A DNA stretch of 64,000 nt, taken from contig DASTTQ010000016.1 of NCBI GenBank assembly GCA_035760065.1, positions 57,071 through 121,070 on the forward strand, read 5' to 3'. The DNA is from Solirubrobacterales bacterium (lineage in GTDB: Bacteria > Actinomycetota > Thermoleophilia > Solirubrobacterales > 70-9). Each line of letters opens with the position of its first letter. Position 1 is the first letter of the stretch. Under the pieces are notes generated by a model that saw only the letters and a program-made list of their open reading frames with translations, had not been told where the DNA came from and did no database searches. Positions 8,922-15,936 of the stretch are shown here, in pieces. The translations under genes and the position numbers were made by a program.

Positions 8922-9177
8922 GAACTTCTCTATCCCTTACCGCCGGCCCATTGTCAACGCCCTCCGGCCGCGAGCGGACGATCATATTGGTGCGAATCCC
9001 CCCAATTTGGGGCTTTTCGAAGCCTCGCGCACGCCTCGCGGGCCGCACGGCCGCGCGCCGACGTTGACGCCGGATGCCGAGCCATCGCTCGGCCCGGCTT
9101 TGCGCCCGCCTTCGCTCGTCGCCGCTGACCTCGGCTTCTGGGCCGAGAAACGACGACCTTCGCTCAGGCCGCTGGTC

Positions 9178-9546
9178 TCAGGCCCGGACCAGAAAGTGGA
9201 CCGCGTCGGCGAGCGCCTCGCGCCCAGGCCGCTGCGCGCAGAGCTCGACCAGCGAGTCCGCTAGACCCTCGTAGCCCGCGGGGGCGCGCGAGAAGCGCGA
9301 AGAGAGCGCGATCACGATTCCGGCGTGCCGGCGGTCGGCGGCGCCCCACTCGCCGTAGAGGCGCATGAAGTCGGCGACGTTCTCGCTGACGAGCGCCCGT
9401 CCCTCGCGAGCAGCGACCGCCAACAGCTCTTCGTCGGCCAGCCCGCGCAACGGGCTGCGCTCGTCGACCCCCTCGGCGTCCGCGCCCCGCTCGCGCAGCG
9501 CTCGCGCCAGGCGGGCGGGGTACATCTCGTCCAGCAGCAGCTTCAC
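9178..9546 (-). CDS. PIN-like (DUF5615/Mut7-C-like) putative toxin of a toxin-antitoxin pair
   Basis: 122 aa: MKLLLDEMYPARLARALRERGADAEGV...LADEELLAVAAREGRALVSENVADF...HAGIVIAL. This matches the layout I recall for DUF5615 PIN-like proteins. It starts 18 nt after the upstream partner gene. Confidence 0.65.
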   Translation of the reverse strand: MKLLLDEMYPARLARALRERGADAEGVDERSPLRGLADEELLAVAAREGRALVSENVADFMRLYGEWGAADRRHAGIVIALSSRFSRAPAGYEGLADSLVELCAQRPGREALADAVHFLVRA

Positions 9547-9564
9547 ACGTCGAGCTGAGGTGGC

Positions 9565-9969
9565 TCAGTCGCCGGCGAGTGGCTCGTAGTGGGCGGTTTC
9601 GCGCTCGTGCAACTCAACCCTGGCCTCGATCTCCTCCGGGAACTCGGCCGCGTAGCGCAGCGCCACCGAAACCCGGTCGGGGGTGAGCGAGAGCTCCTCG
9701 GCGAGACGCTCGGCAACCTGCTTCCCGCCGCCGAGGCGACGTGCCGCCCAGCAGATCTCCCAGACGTCGGGCCCGCCCGCGAGGGCGGCGCGGCGTCCCG
9801 CCGGACCGGGGCGGAAGACGATCCCCGGGTGCGTCTCGGCCCGGTCCCCCTCCTCGGCATAGCGGCGCAAGGCATCGGAGAGTCGCTCGCCGCGCGCCTC
9901 GGCACGCGCGCGGATGCGCGCCGCCGTCTCGCGATTCATGCGCACCGACACGTTGGCCGTTTCCGCCAT
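9565..9969 (-). CDS. Putative antitoxin with an N-terminal ribbon-helix-helix-like segment and a DUF433-like C-terminal region
   Basis: Internal ATG at 9969 (MAETANVSVRMNRETAARIRARAEARGERLSDALRRYAEEG...) is preferred over the track start at 10035. The C-terminal part, HPGIVFRPGPAGRRAALAGGPDVWEICWAARRL...LSLTPDRVSVALRYAAEFPEEIE, resembles DUF433, the usual partner of DUF5615. The start choice is uncertain. Confidence 0.5.
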   Translation of the reverse strand: MAETANVSVRMNRETAARIRARAEARGERLSDALRRYAEEGDRAETHPGIVFRPGPAGRRAALAGGPDVWEICWAARRLGGGKQVAERLAEELSLTPDRVSVALRYAAEFPEEIEARVELHERETAHYEPLAGD

Positions 9970-10130
9970 CCGTTGACAACGTAGCACAACGTCCGCAGCC
10001 CCGCCGTCGATCGGCACATAACGGACTTCTGGCACATGTGCCAGAAACGGCGCGGATTTCAGGGTCCGGCTAGGTCCGGATAAGAGACCGATCAGAGGTG
10101 AAACCGCCCATTTGCAGAGCTTTCAAGAGG

Positions 10131-10204
10131 GGTGGCAGACGGGATTCGAACCCGCGACCGCCGGCACCACAAGCCGGAGCTCTACCAACTGAGCTACTGC
10201 CACC
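10131..10204 (-). tRNA. tRNA-His (anticodon GTG)
   Basis: The minus-strand read GGTGGCAGTAGCTCAGTTGGTAGAGCTCCGGCTTGTGGTGCCGGCGGTCGCGGGTTCGAATCCCGTCTGCCACC folds as a cloverleaf. It has the extra 5' G(-1) typical of tRNA-His, anticodon loop TTGTGGT and T-loop TTCGAAT. CCA is not encoded. Confidence 0.9.
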
Positions 10205-10320
10205 GCGATAGACCCCAATTTAGCTTGCGGGGCCGGTGGCTGGCGCCCAGCGGCTAACTGCGGCTCGCGATCACGGCGCCGACGCTTGCCAGGGCGGGCG
10301 GTTCCTCGACTCCGACCTGA

Positions 10321-10539
10321 TCAGCTTTCGGCTGGCGTGCGCTCACCTTCGAGCAGTTGCAGGATCCGTTCGGTGTTCTCGCGGATCGCGCTGATGTTGC
10401 GGAACATCCACTTCGGGGGCGCGTCCTCCGGCATGCGCTCGATCATTTGCCCGAAATCGACTCCGTCGCTCGATGCCCAACGTCGGGCAAGAATGGCCGC
10501 GCCGGCTACCACCGTGCCCGCAATTATCAGCTTCTTCAT
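10321..10539 (-). CDS. Small hypothetical protein with an N-terminal hydrophobic anchor
   Basis: 72-aa ORF MKKLIIAGTVVAGAAILARRW... in a locally AT-richer stretch. I recognise no family. Confidence 0.4.
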   Translation of the reverse strand: MKKLIIAGTVVAGAAILARRWASSDGVDFGQMIERMPEDAPPKWMFRNISAIRENTERILQLLEGERTPAES

Positions 10540-10739
10540 CGCTCACTCCTTTCCGAAGACGGCCTCTTGGCTTCTCGATCTGGCGCTGCCACCGCCCTTT
10601 GAGGATCGATCTGCCATGCACCACGGTAGGCAAAGCAAGCCGGGTGGCATCGGGGCTCTTCCACATTGCTGAAGGCCCCCATTCATGTCATGTGGAGGAG
10701 GGCGGATGTCGAAAATCGAGACGTTCCTAAGCTTGCTGC

Positions 10740-11840
10740 ATGGCCGATCGGGTCAACAGAGCGGGGCGCGTCACCTTCCTCCCCCTCCTCGCCCTCCTAG
10801 CCACGGGGGTGATCCTCGTCTCCGTCCCTGCCGGCGCGGCTGCTCGTGACCGCGACGCGAGGAGGTTCGACAACGAGGAGTGGACGATCGAGAAGCTTGC
10901 CGCGGACATCCCGGAGGCTCCGTTCAAAGTGCGCATCGACGACGTCGCAATCGGAGAAACCCGGCTGCTGACGTTCGCCAATCGGGTCGGGCGGAGCAAC
11001 CGCTTCCCGCAGGTCCTCGTCATCTCCTCATCCGGATACATGCGGCTGAAGCCCGGTGCGGACCCGGTCCCGCCGCTGCCGTTCGGTCAGAGCCTCGTCC
11101 TCGGGCCGGCGGTCTTCGGCTCCTCCACCTCCTTCCCCGCTTCCACGCTCTTCTTCAACCCGCAGGTCCAGCAGGTGAACGTCGACACCAGCAAGCTCCA
11201 CCGCAACGGCAAAGGCACCCTCGTGATCGAAGCGATCGCTCGCGACCGGAGCCTGCCGGCAACCGACACCCACACCAATCAGGTGATGGACCTGAAGTGG
11301 AAGCTGTCCCTTGCCGAACCGACCAAGGCAAGAACGCGGCTCAGGGTCGATGGCAGCTTCCGGTTCACCGAAGCATTCGTGCCGGACCCGGTGCGGACGT
11401 CGGAGCTGCAGTCCTTCCGGCTGGTTCAGGTCTCGAGCATGTTCATCGACGGCGCTCGCCACGACGTCGACGGCTTCCGCTACCCCTCCGACAGCGGGCT
11501 CGTCAACGTCGCTTACAACCCCGGCCAGGCGAATACCCTCTTACCCGCCTCTCCCTCGCCGCTCTCCGCCACCACCCCGATCCTCGACAGCGTCCACAGC
11601 GACGATGTCGGGGCGCCGAACGGCAACACTCCCTCCTACCGGCTCCGCATCGGGGAAGCCGCGGGGCCGCTCTCGGGGCCGCTCTACCCCCGCGCGTACT
11701 TCAACGACAGCCAGGACCTGAACGACGACAACCTCGGCCTATGGATCTACCGCCAGCCGCTTGCGGCGATCCCAGCGGGGACCTCGGGACGAATCCGGTT
11801 CGGGCTCACGGCGACGGCCGATCCGCTGCCGGCCCCCTGA
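10740..11840 (+). CDS. Secreted hypothetical protein
   Basis: 366 aa with an N-terminal signal-like segment (VTFLPLLALLATGVILVSVPAGAAA). Composition is coding-like. I recognise no family. Confidence 0.6.
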   Translation: MADRVNRAGRVTFLPLLALLATGVILVSVPAGAAARDRDARRFDNEEWTIEKLAADIPEAPFKVRIDDVAIGETRLLTFANRVGRSNRFPQVLVISSSGYMRLKPGADPVPPLPFGQSLVLGPAVFGSSTSFPASTLFFNPQVQQVNVDTSKLHRNGKGTLVIEAIARDRSLPATDTHTNQVMDLKWKLSLAEPTKARTRLRVDGSFRFTEAFVPDPVRTSELQSFRLVQVSSMFIDGARHDVDGFRYPSDSGLVNVAYNPGQANTLLPASPSPLSATTPILDSVHSDDVGAPNGNTPSYRLRIGEAAGPLSGPLYPRAYFNDSQDLNDDNLGLWIYRQPLAAIPAGTSGRIRFGLTATADPLPAP

Positions 11841-11860
11841 TCTCGAACTATGATCGGCCC

Positions 11861-12961
11861 GTGGCCGGCCTGATTGCGCTCAACCTCGTGCGCAACCGCG
11901 GCCGCACGGCCCTGACCGCGAGCGGGATCGCGATCGGGGTGGCGACGATCGTCGCCCTCCTCGCCCTGACCCAGGGCCTCAAGCAGAGCGTCGGCGGCCT
12001 CAGCCACCTCGGCGGCGCCAGCCTCGGCATCTTCCAGGACGGCGTCGCCGATCCGACCGCGTCGGTCCTTCCCGAGTCGCTCGTCGAGCGGGTGCGCGCG
12101 CAGCCGGGAGTCGAGGACGCGGCTCCGATCCAGCTCGTCACCGACGCGCTGCCCGACTCTCCCTCGGCGCTTGTCTTCGGCGTTCGCCACGGCAGCTTCG
12201 TCGAGCGCCGCCTCGTCGTCACGGCCGGTCGCGCCTCGGGTCCCGGCGAGGCGATGGTGGGCAGCGGCTTTGCCGACGGCGAAGGCGTCGGCCCCGGGGA
12301 CACGGTCGTCCTCAAGGGCAGGAGGTTCCCGGTCACCGGCGTCTACGAGAGCGGGGTCGCCTTCGAGGATGCCGGCGTCGTGGTCCCGCTCCCCGCGGCC
12401 GACGAGCTGGCCGGGCGCGAGAAGACCGTGACGACGATCGCCGTCGTGCTCCAGCCGACCGCCTCTGCCGACAGCGTCAAGGCCGAGTTCGCCCACACCC
12501 TGCCGGGCACGACGACGATCTCCAACCCCGGCGAGGCCGCGAGGTCCAACCCGGGCTTCGAGATCGTGACCAAGGCGGTGCTGGTGATCGCGGCCCTGGC
12601 GCTGATCCTCGGCGGCATCGCGGTCACCAACACGATGGCGATGGCGGTGCTGGAGCGGCGGCGCGAGCTGGCGCTGATGTCGGCGATCGGCTGGAGCAGG
12701 CCGCAGGTGGCCGGGATCGTCGTCGGCGAGGGCGCCGGCGTCGGCCTGCTCGGCGCCGGGATGGGCATCCTCGGCGGCATCCTGATCAGCCGGCTGATCG
12801 TCAACCTGCTCGGCGCCGGAGATTTCGTCAGCCCCGAACTGACCGCATGGGCGATCGGCCGCGGCCTCCTGGTCGGCCTCGCGATCGGACTACTGGGCGG
12901 GCTCTACCCGGCCTGGAGCGTCACCCGCCGCCCGCCCGCCGAGATGCTCGGCCGCTTCTAA
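11861..12961 (+). CDS. ABC transporter permease, FtsX/MacB-LolE type
   Basis: This is the C-terminal part of track ORF 10880..12961. GTG at 11861 gives (M)AGLIALNLVRNRGRTALTASGIAIGVATIVALLAL..., a typical FtsX-type N-terminus, followed by an extracytoplasmic domain and the C-terminal FtsX TM bundle (AVLERRRELALMSAIGWSRPQV...). The upstream part of the track ORF is out of frame over the preceding gene. Confidence 0.8.
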   Translation: MAGLIALNLVRNRGRTALTASGIAIGVATIVALLALTQGLKQSVGGLSHLGGASLGIFQDGVADPTASVLPESLVERVRAQPGVEDAAPIQLVTDALPDSPSALVFGVRHGSFVERRLVVTAGRASGPGEAMVGSGFADGEGVGPGDTVVLKGRRFPVTGVYESGVAFEDAGVVVPLPAADELAGREKTVTTIAVVLQPTASADSVKAEFAHTLPGTTTISNPGEAARSNPGFEIVTKAVLVIAALALILGGIAVTNTMAMAVLERRRELALMSAIGWSRPQVAGIVVGEGAGVGLLGAGMGILGGILISRLIVNLLGAGDFVSPELTAWAIGRGLLVGLAIGLLGGLYPAWSVTRRPPAEMLGRF

Positions 12962-13662
12962 TCGGGTCGGTCTTCGCCGACGATCGCCCCGTCGGCCATG
13001 TGCACCCGCCGGTCGGCCCGCTCGCCGAAAAGGGGATCGTGGCTGGCCACGATCATCGTCATCCCCCGTCGTTGGCGGGCGCGCTCGAGGAGCGACAGCA
13101 CGAGCTCGCCGCTCTCGGAATCGAGCGAGCCGGTCGGCTCGTCGGCGAGCAACAGGCGCGGCCCGTTGACGAGCGCCCGCGCCACCGCGACCCGCTGGCG
13201 CTCACCGCCCGAGAGGACCGCCGGCCGCTGGTCGGCGCGCTCGCCGAGGCCCACCTCTTCGAGCAGCTCCCCGGCACGGCGGTGACGCTCGGTCCTGGGG
13301 ACCCCCGCGGCGATCAGCGGCAGCTCGACGTTGGCCCGAGCCGTCAGCATCGGCAGCAGGTGGTGGAGCTGGAAGACGATCCCGATCGTCTGGCGGCGAT
13401 AGCCCGCAGGGTGGGAGAGCTCGGTCACCCTCACCTCGTCGACGACGACGTGGCCGCTGTCGGGCCGCTCGATCGAGGCGATCACGTTCAGCAGCGTGGT
13501 CTTGCCGCAGCCGGAGGGGCCGGTCAGCGCCACCGCCTCGCCGGGCGCGACCTCCAGCGAGACGTCGCGCAGCGCCCGCACCTGGCCGTAGCTCTTCGAA
13601 ACGCCCTCGACCGTGACTCTCGCGCCGGTCGTCTCCGGACGATCGCTGCGGGTGCCGGCCAC
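12958..13662 (-). CDS. ABC transporter ATP-binding protein (MacB/LolD-like)
   Basis: Walker A GPSGCGKTTLL, signature LSGGERQRVAVARAL and Walker B LLLADEPTGSLD are all present. Confidence 0.9.
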   Translation of the reverse strand: MAGTRSDRPETTGARVTVEGVSKSYGQVRALRDVSLEVAPGEAVALTGPSGCGKTTLLNVIASIERPDSGHVVVDEVRVTELSHPAGYRRQTIGIVFQLHHLLPMLTARANVELPLIAAGVPRTERHRRAGELLEEVGLGERADQRPAVLSGGERQRVAVARALVNGPRLLLADEPTGSLDSESGELVLSLLERARQRRGMTMIVASHDPLFGERADRRVHMADGAIVGEDRPD

Positions 13663-13667
13663 GACCG

Positions 13668-14147
13668 CTATCGCCGCACCTGGACGTCGTAGTCGAGCCT
13701 GCGAGTCCCGAACCGCGTCGTCACCACCGCACGGAAGGTAAGGGGAACACCAAGCGAGCGGGCCGGCCAGCGAAACGTGTCGTGGAAGGTGCCGCGAAAC
13801 CGGTAGTGGGAGCGTCGGGCTACGACCGCTCCCCCGAACAGGTACTGGTAGCGCACCTCGGCGGCCAGGGGGCGACCTGCCGGGTCATGAGCCCGGATCA
13901 CGATCGGCCAGGGAGCCCCGGCCCGCGGATGGTGAGTCTGCGCCCGCAGGGTGATATCCGGAGCCGACCCGGTCCCGCGGGTCTTCGAGACGGTCCCGGC
14001 CTGATCCGAGCCTCCGCCGCAGGCCGGCAGCGCGACCATGGCCGCGACGAATGCGACTCCCGCTGCAAGGCGCGTCCCTTTCACCGCCGCCGACCCTACC
14101 GCGAGGAGTGCGTGCGTCCTGGTGCCGCCGCGGGTGCGGGTGGGCAT
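13668..14147 (-). CDS. Putative lipoprotein
   Basis: Internal ATG at 14147 gives MPTRTRGG...VAFVAAMVALPACGGGSDQ with a lipobox-like LPAC. The upstream part of track ORF 13668..14570 is antisense to the esterase-family gene. Confidence 0.5.
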   Translation of the reverse strand: MPTRTRGGTRTHALLAVGSAAVKGTRLAAGVAFVAAMVALPACGGGSDQAGTVSKTRGTGSAPDITLRAQTHHPRAGAPWPIVIRAHDPAGRPLAAEVRYQYLFGGAVVARRSHYRFRGTFHDTFRWPARSLGVPLTFRAVVTTRFGTRRLDYDVQVRR

Positions 14148-14183
14148 CCGGCGTCCCCCGGCATTTCGGTGCGGCTTTTCCCG

Positions 14184-15527
14184 ATGGCGGAGCGCCCTGG
14201 TGTGCCTACCGTGAGCGAAGTGCAGCTGAGGCCCAGACCAACCGAGATGGTGGGATCGCGTGGCGACTACGACGGCCTGCTCGATTTGATCGGGGAGAGG
14301 CCGTTCGTGCTGATCGGGGAGGCCTCTCACGGGACGCACGAGTTCTACCGCGAGCGCGCCCAGATCACGCGACGCCTGATCGAGGAGAAGGGGTTCAGCG
14401 CGGTCGCCGTCGAGGCCGACTGGCCCGACGCCTACCGGGTCAACCGCTACCTGCACGGCGCCCCCGACGACGCCGACGCGGAGGAGGCGCTGCGGGGCTT
14501 CCGCCGCTTCCCCACCTGGATGTGGCGCAACGCCGAGGTGCTCGACTTCGTCGGCTGGCTGCGCTCCCACAACGAAGACCGCGCCGAGGCCGAGAAGGTC
14601 AGCTTCTTCGGACTGGACGTCTACAGCCTCTTCTCATCGATCGAAGCGGTGATCTCCTACCTGGAGAAGATGGACCCGGCCGGCGCCGAGCGCGCGCGTG
14701 AGCGCTATTCCTGCTTCGAGCAGTTCGGCGGCGAGCAGGCCTATGGCCGAGCGGCAACGCTCGGGATCAGCGCCACCTGCGAGCGCGGCGTCGTCGAACA
14801 GCTGCTCGAGCTGCAGCGCAACGCCGACGCCTACCTGAGGCGCGACGGGTTCGCCGCCGAGGACGAGCAGTTCTGCGCCGAGCAGAACGCCCGCGTCGTC
14901 GCCGGTGCCGAGAGCTACTACCGGTCGATGTTCGGCGCCCCCCACGCCTCTTGGAACCTTCGTGACCGCCACATGGCGGAGACCCTGGATCATCTCGCTG
15001 CCCATCTCGGCCGGCACCGGGCGCCGGCGAAGCTCGTCGTCTGGGAGCACAATTCCCACCTCGGCGACGCCCGGATGACCGAGATGAGCCGCCGCGGCGA
15101 GCTGAACGTGGGCCAGCTGGTCCGCGAACGCCACCGGGACGACGCCTTCCTTATCGGCTTCACCACCTACGCGGGGACCGTCACCGCGGCCTCGGACTGG
15201 GGTGGGTCCGCGGAGCGCAAGCGCGTCCGCCCCGCTCTCCCCGGCAGCTGGGAGGAGCTGCTGCACCAGGTACCGAGCGAGCGCTTCTGGCTGGACCTGC
15301 GAGCGCCGGATGTCGCCGGGGAACTTTCCGGGTCGCGACTGGAGCGGGCGATCGGCGTCATCTACCGGCCCGAGACCGAGCGCCAGAGCCACTACTTCTT
15401 CGCCGACCTCGCCGGCCAGTTCGACGCCGTCATCCACGTCGACGGGACCCGGGCGGTCGAGCCGCTGGAGCGCACGGCAGGCTGGGAGCTCGGCGAGCCG
15501 CCGGAGACCTACCCGACCGCGCTCTAG
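14184..15527 (+). CDS. Erythromycin-esterase-family protein
   Basis: FVLIGEASHGTHEFYRERAQITRRLIEEKGFSAVAVEADWPDAYRVNRYL is characteristic of the erythromycin esterase/EreA-like family. The start is taken at ATG 14184, with ATG 14247 as an alternative. The track start 13782 is an artefactual extension. Confidence 0.75.
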   Translation: MAERPGVPTVSEVQLRPRPTEMVGSRGDYDGLLDLIGERPFVLIGEASHGTHEFYRERAQITRRLIEEKGFSAVAVEADWPDAYRVNRYLHGAPDDADAEEALRGFRRFPTWMWRNAEVLDFVGWLRSHNEDRAEAEKVSFFGLDVYSLFSSIEAVISYLEKMDPAGAERARERYSCFEQFGGEQAYGRAATLGISATCERGVVEQLLELQRNADAYLRRDGFAAEDEQFCAEQNARVVAGAESYYRSMFGAPHASWNLRDRHMAETLDHLAAHLGRHRAPAKLVVWEHNSHLGDARMTEMSRRGELNVGQLVRERHRDDAFLIGFTTYAGTVTAASDWGGSAERKRVRPALPGSWEELLHQVPSERFWLDLRAPDVAGELSGSRLERAIGVIYRPETERQSHYFFADLAGQFDAVIHVDGTRAVEPLERTAGWELGEPPETYPTAL

Positions 15528-15671
15528 GGTCGCTGCTCGAGCGTAGGCGCAGTCACGCGGTCTCTCATCGGGGGAAGCCGCACGAAATGGCTGCGGGTTA
15601 CTCCCGATGCCCCGGCGGGCAGCCGCGCTGAGAATCGAAGAACGGCAAAATGACGACCAGGAGGTCGACCC

Positions 15672-15872
15672 ATGGCGGTAGCGAAGATCATCGAGATCAC
15701 GGCACAGTCGAGCGCCAGCTTCGAGGACGCGATCCAGCAGGGGATAGAGAAAGCCTCGGAAACCGTGCACAACATCGAAGGCGCCTGGGTAAAGGAGCAG
15801 AAGGTGGTCGTCGAAGACGGCAGCATCACCGGGTACCGAGTGGACCTGAAGGTCACCTTCGTGCTCGACTGA
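15672..15872 (+). CDS. Dodecin-family flavin-binding protein
   Basis: 66 aa: MAVAKIIEITAQSSASFEDAIQQGIEKASETVHNIEGAWVKEQKVVVEDGSITGYRVDLKVTFVLD. This matches the dodecin pattern and length. Confidence 0.85.
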   Translation: MAVAKIIEITAQSSASFEDAIQQGIEKASETVHNIEGAWVKEQKVVVEDGSITGYRVDLKVTFVLD

Positions 15873-15936
15873 GATCAGCCCCAAAGGGGGAGCCGTTTAC
15901 GCAGATCAAGCCCATGCGCTGTCGGCCGCTGAGGTC

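Noticed and set aside
10880-11860. N-terminal 327 codons of track ORF 10880..12961
   Set aside because: It is out of frame over the secreted-protein gene 10740..11840 and R/P-rich. FtsX-type homology begins only at GTG 11861.
15566-15609. Hairpin upstream of the dodecin gene as a possible flavin (FMN) riboswitch
   Set aside because: It is only a simple imperfect hairpin. None of the conserved FMN-element boxes are present.
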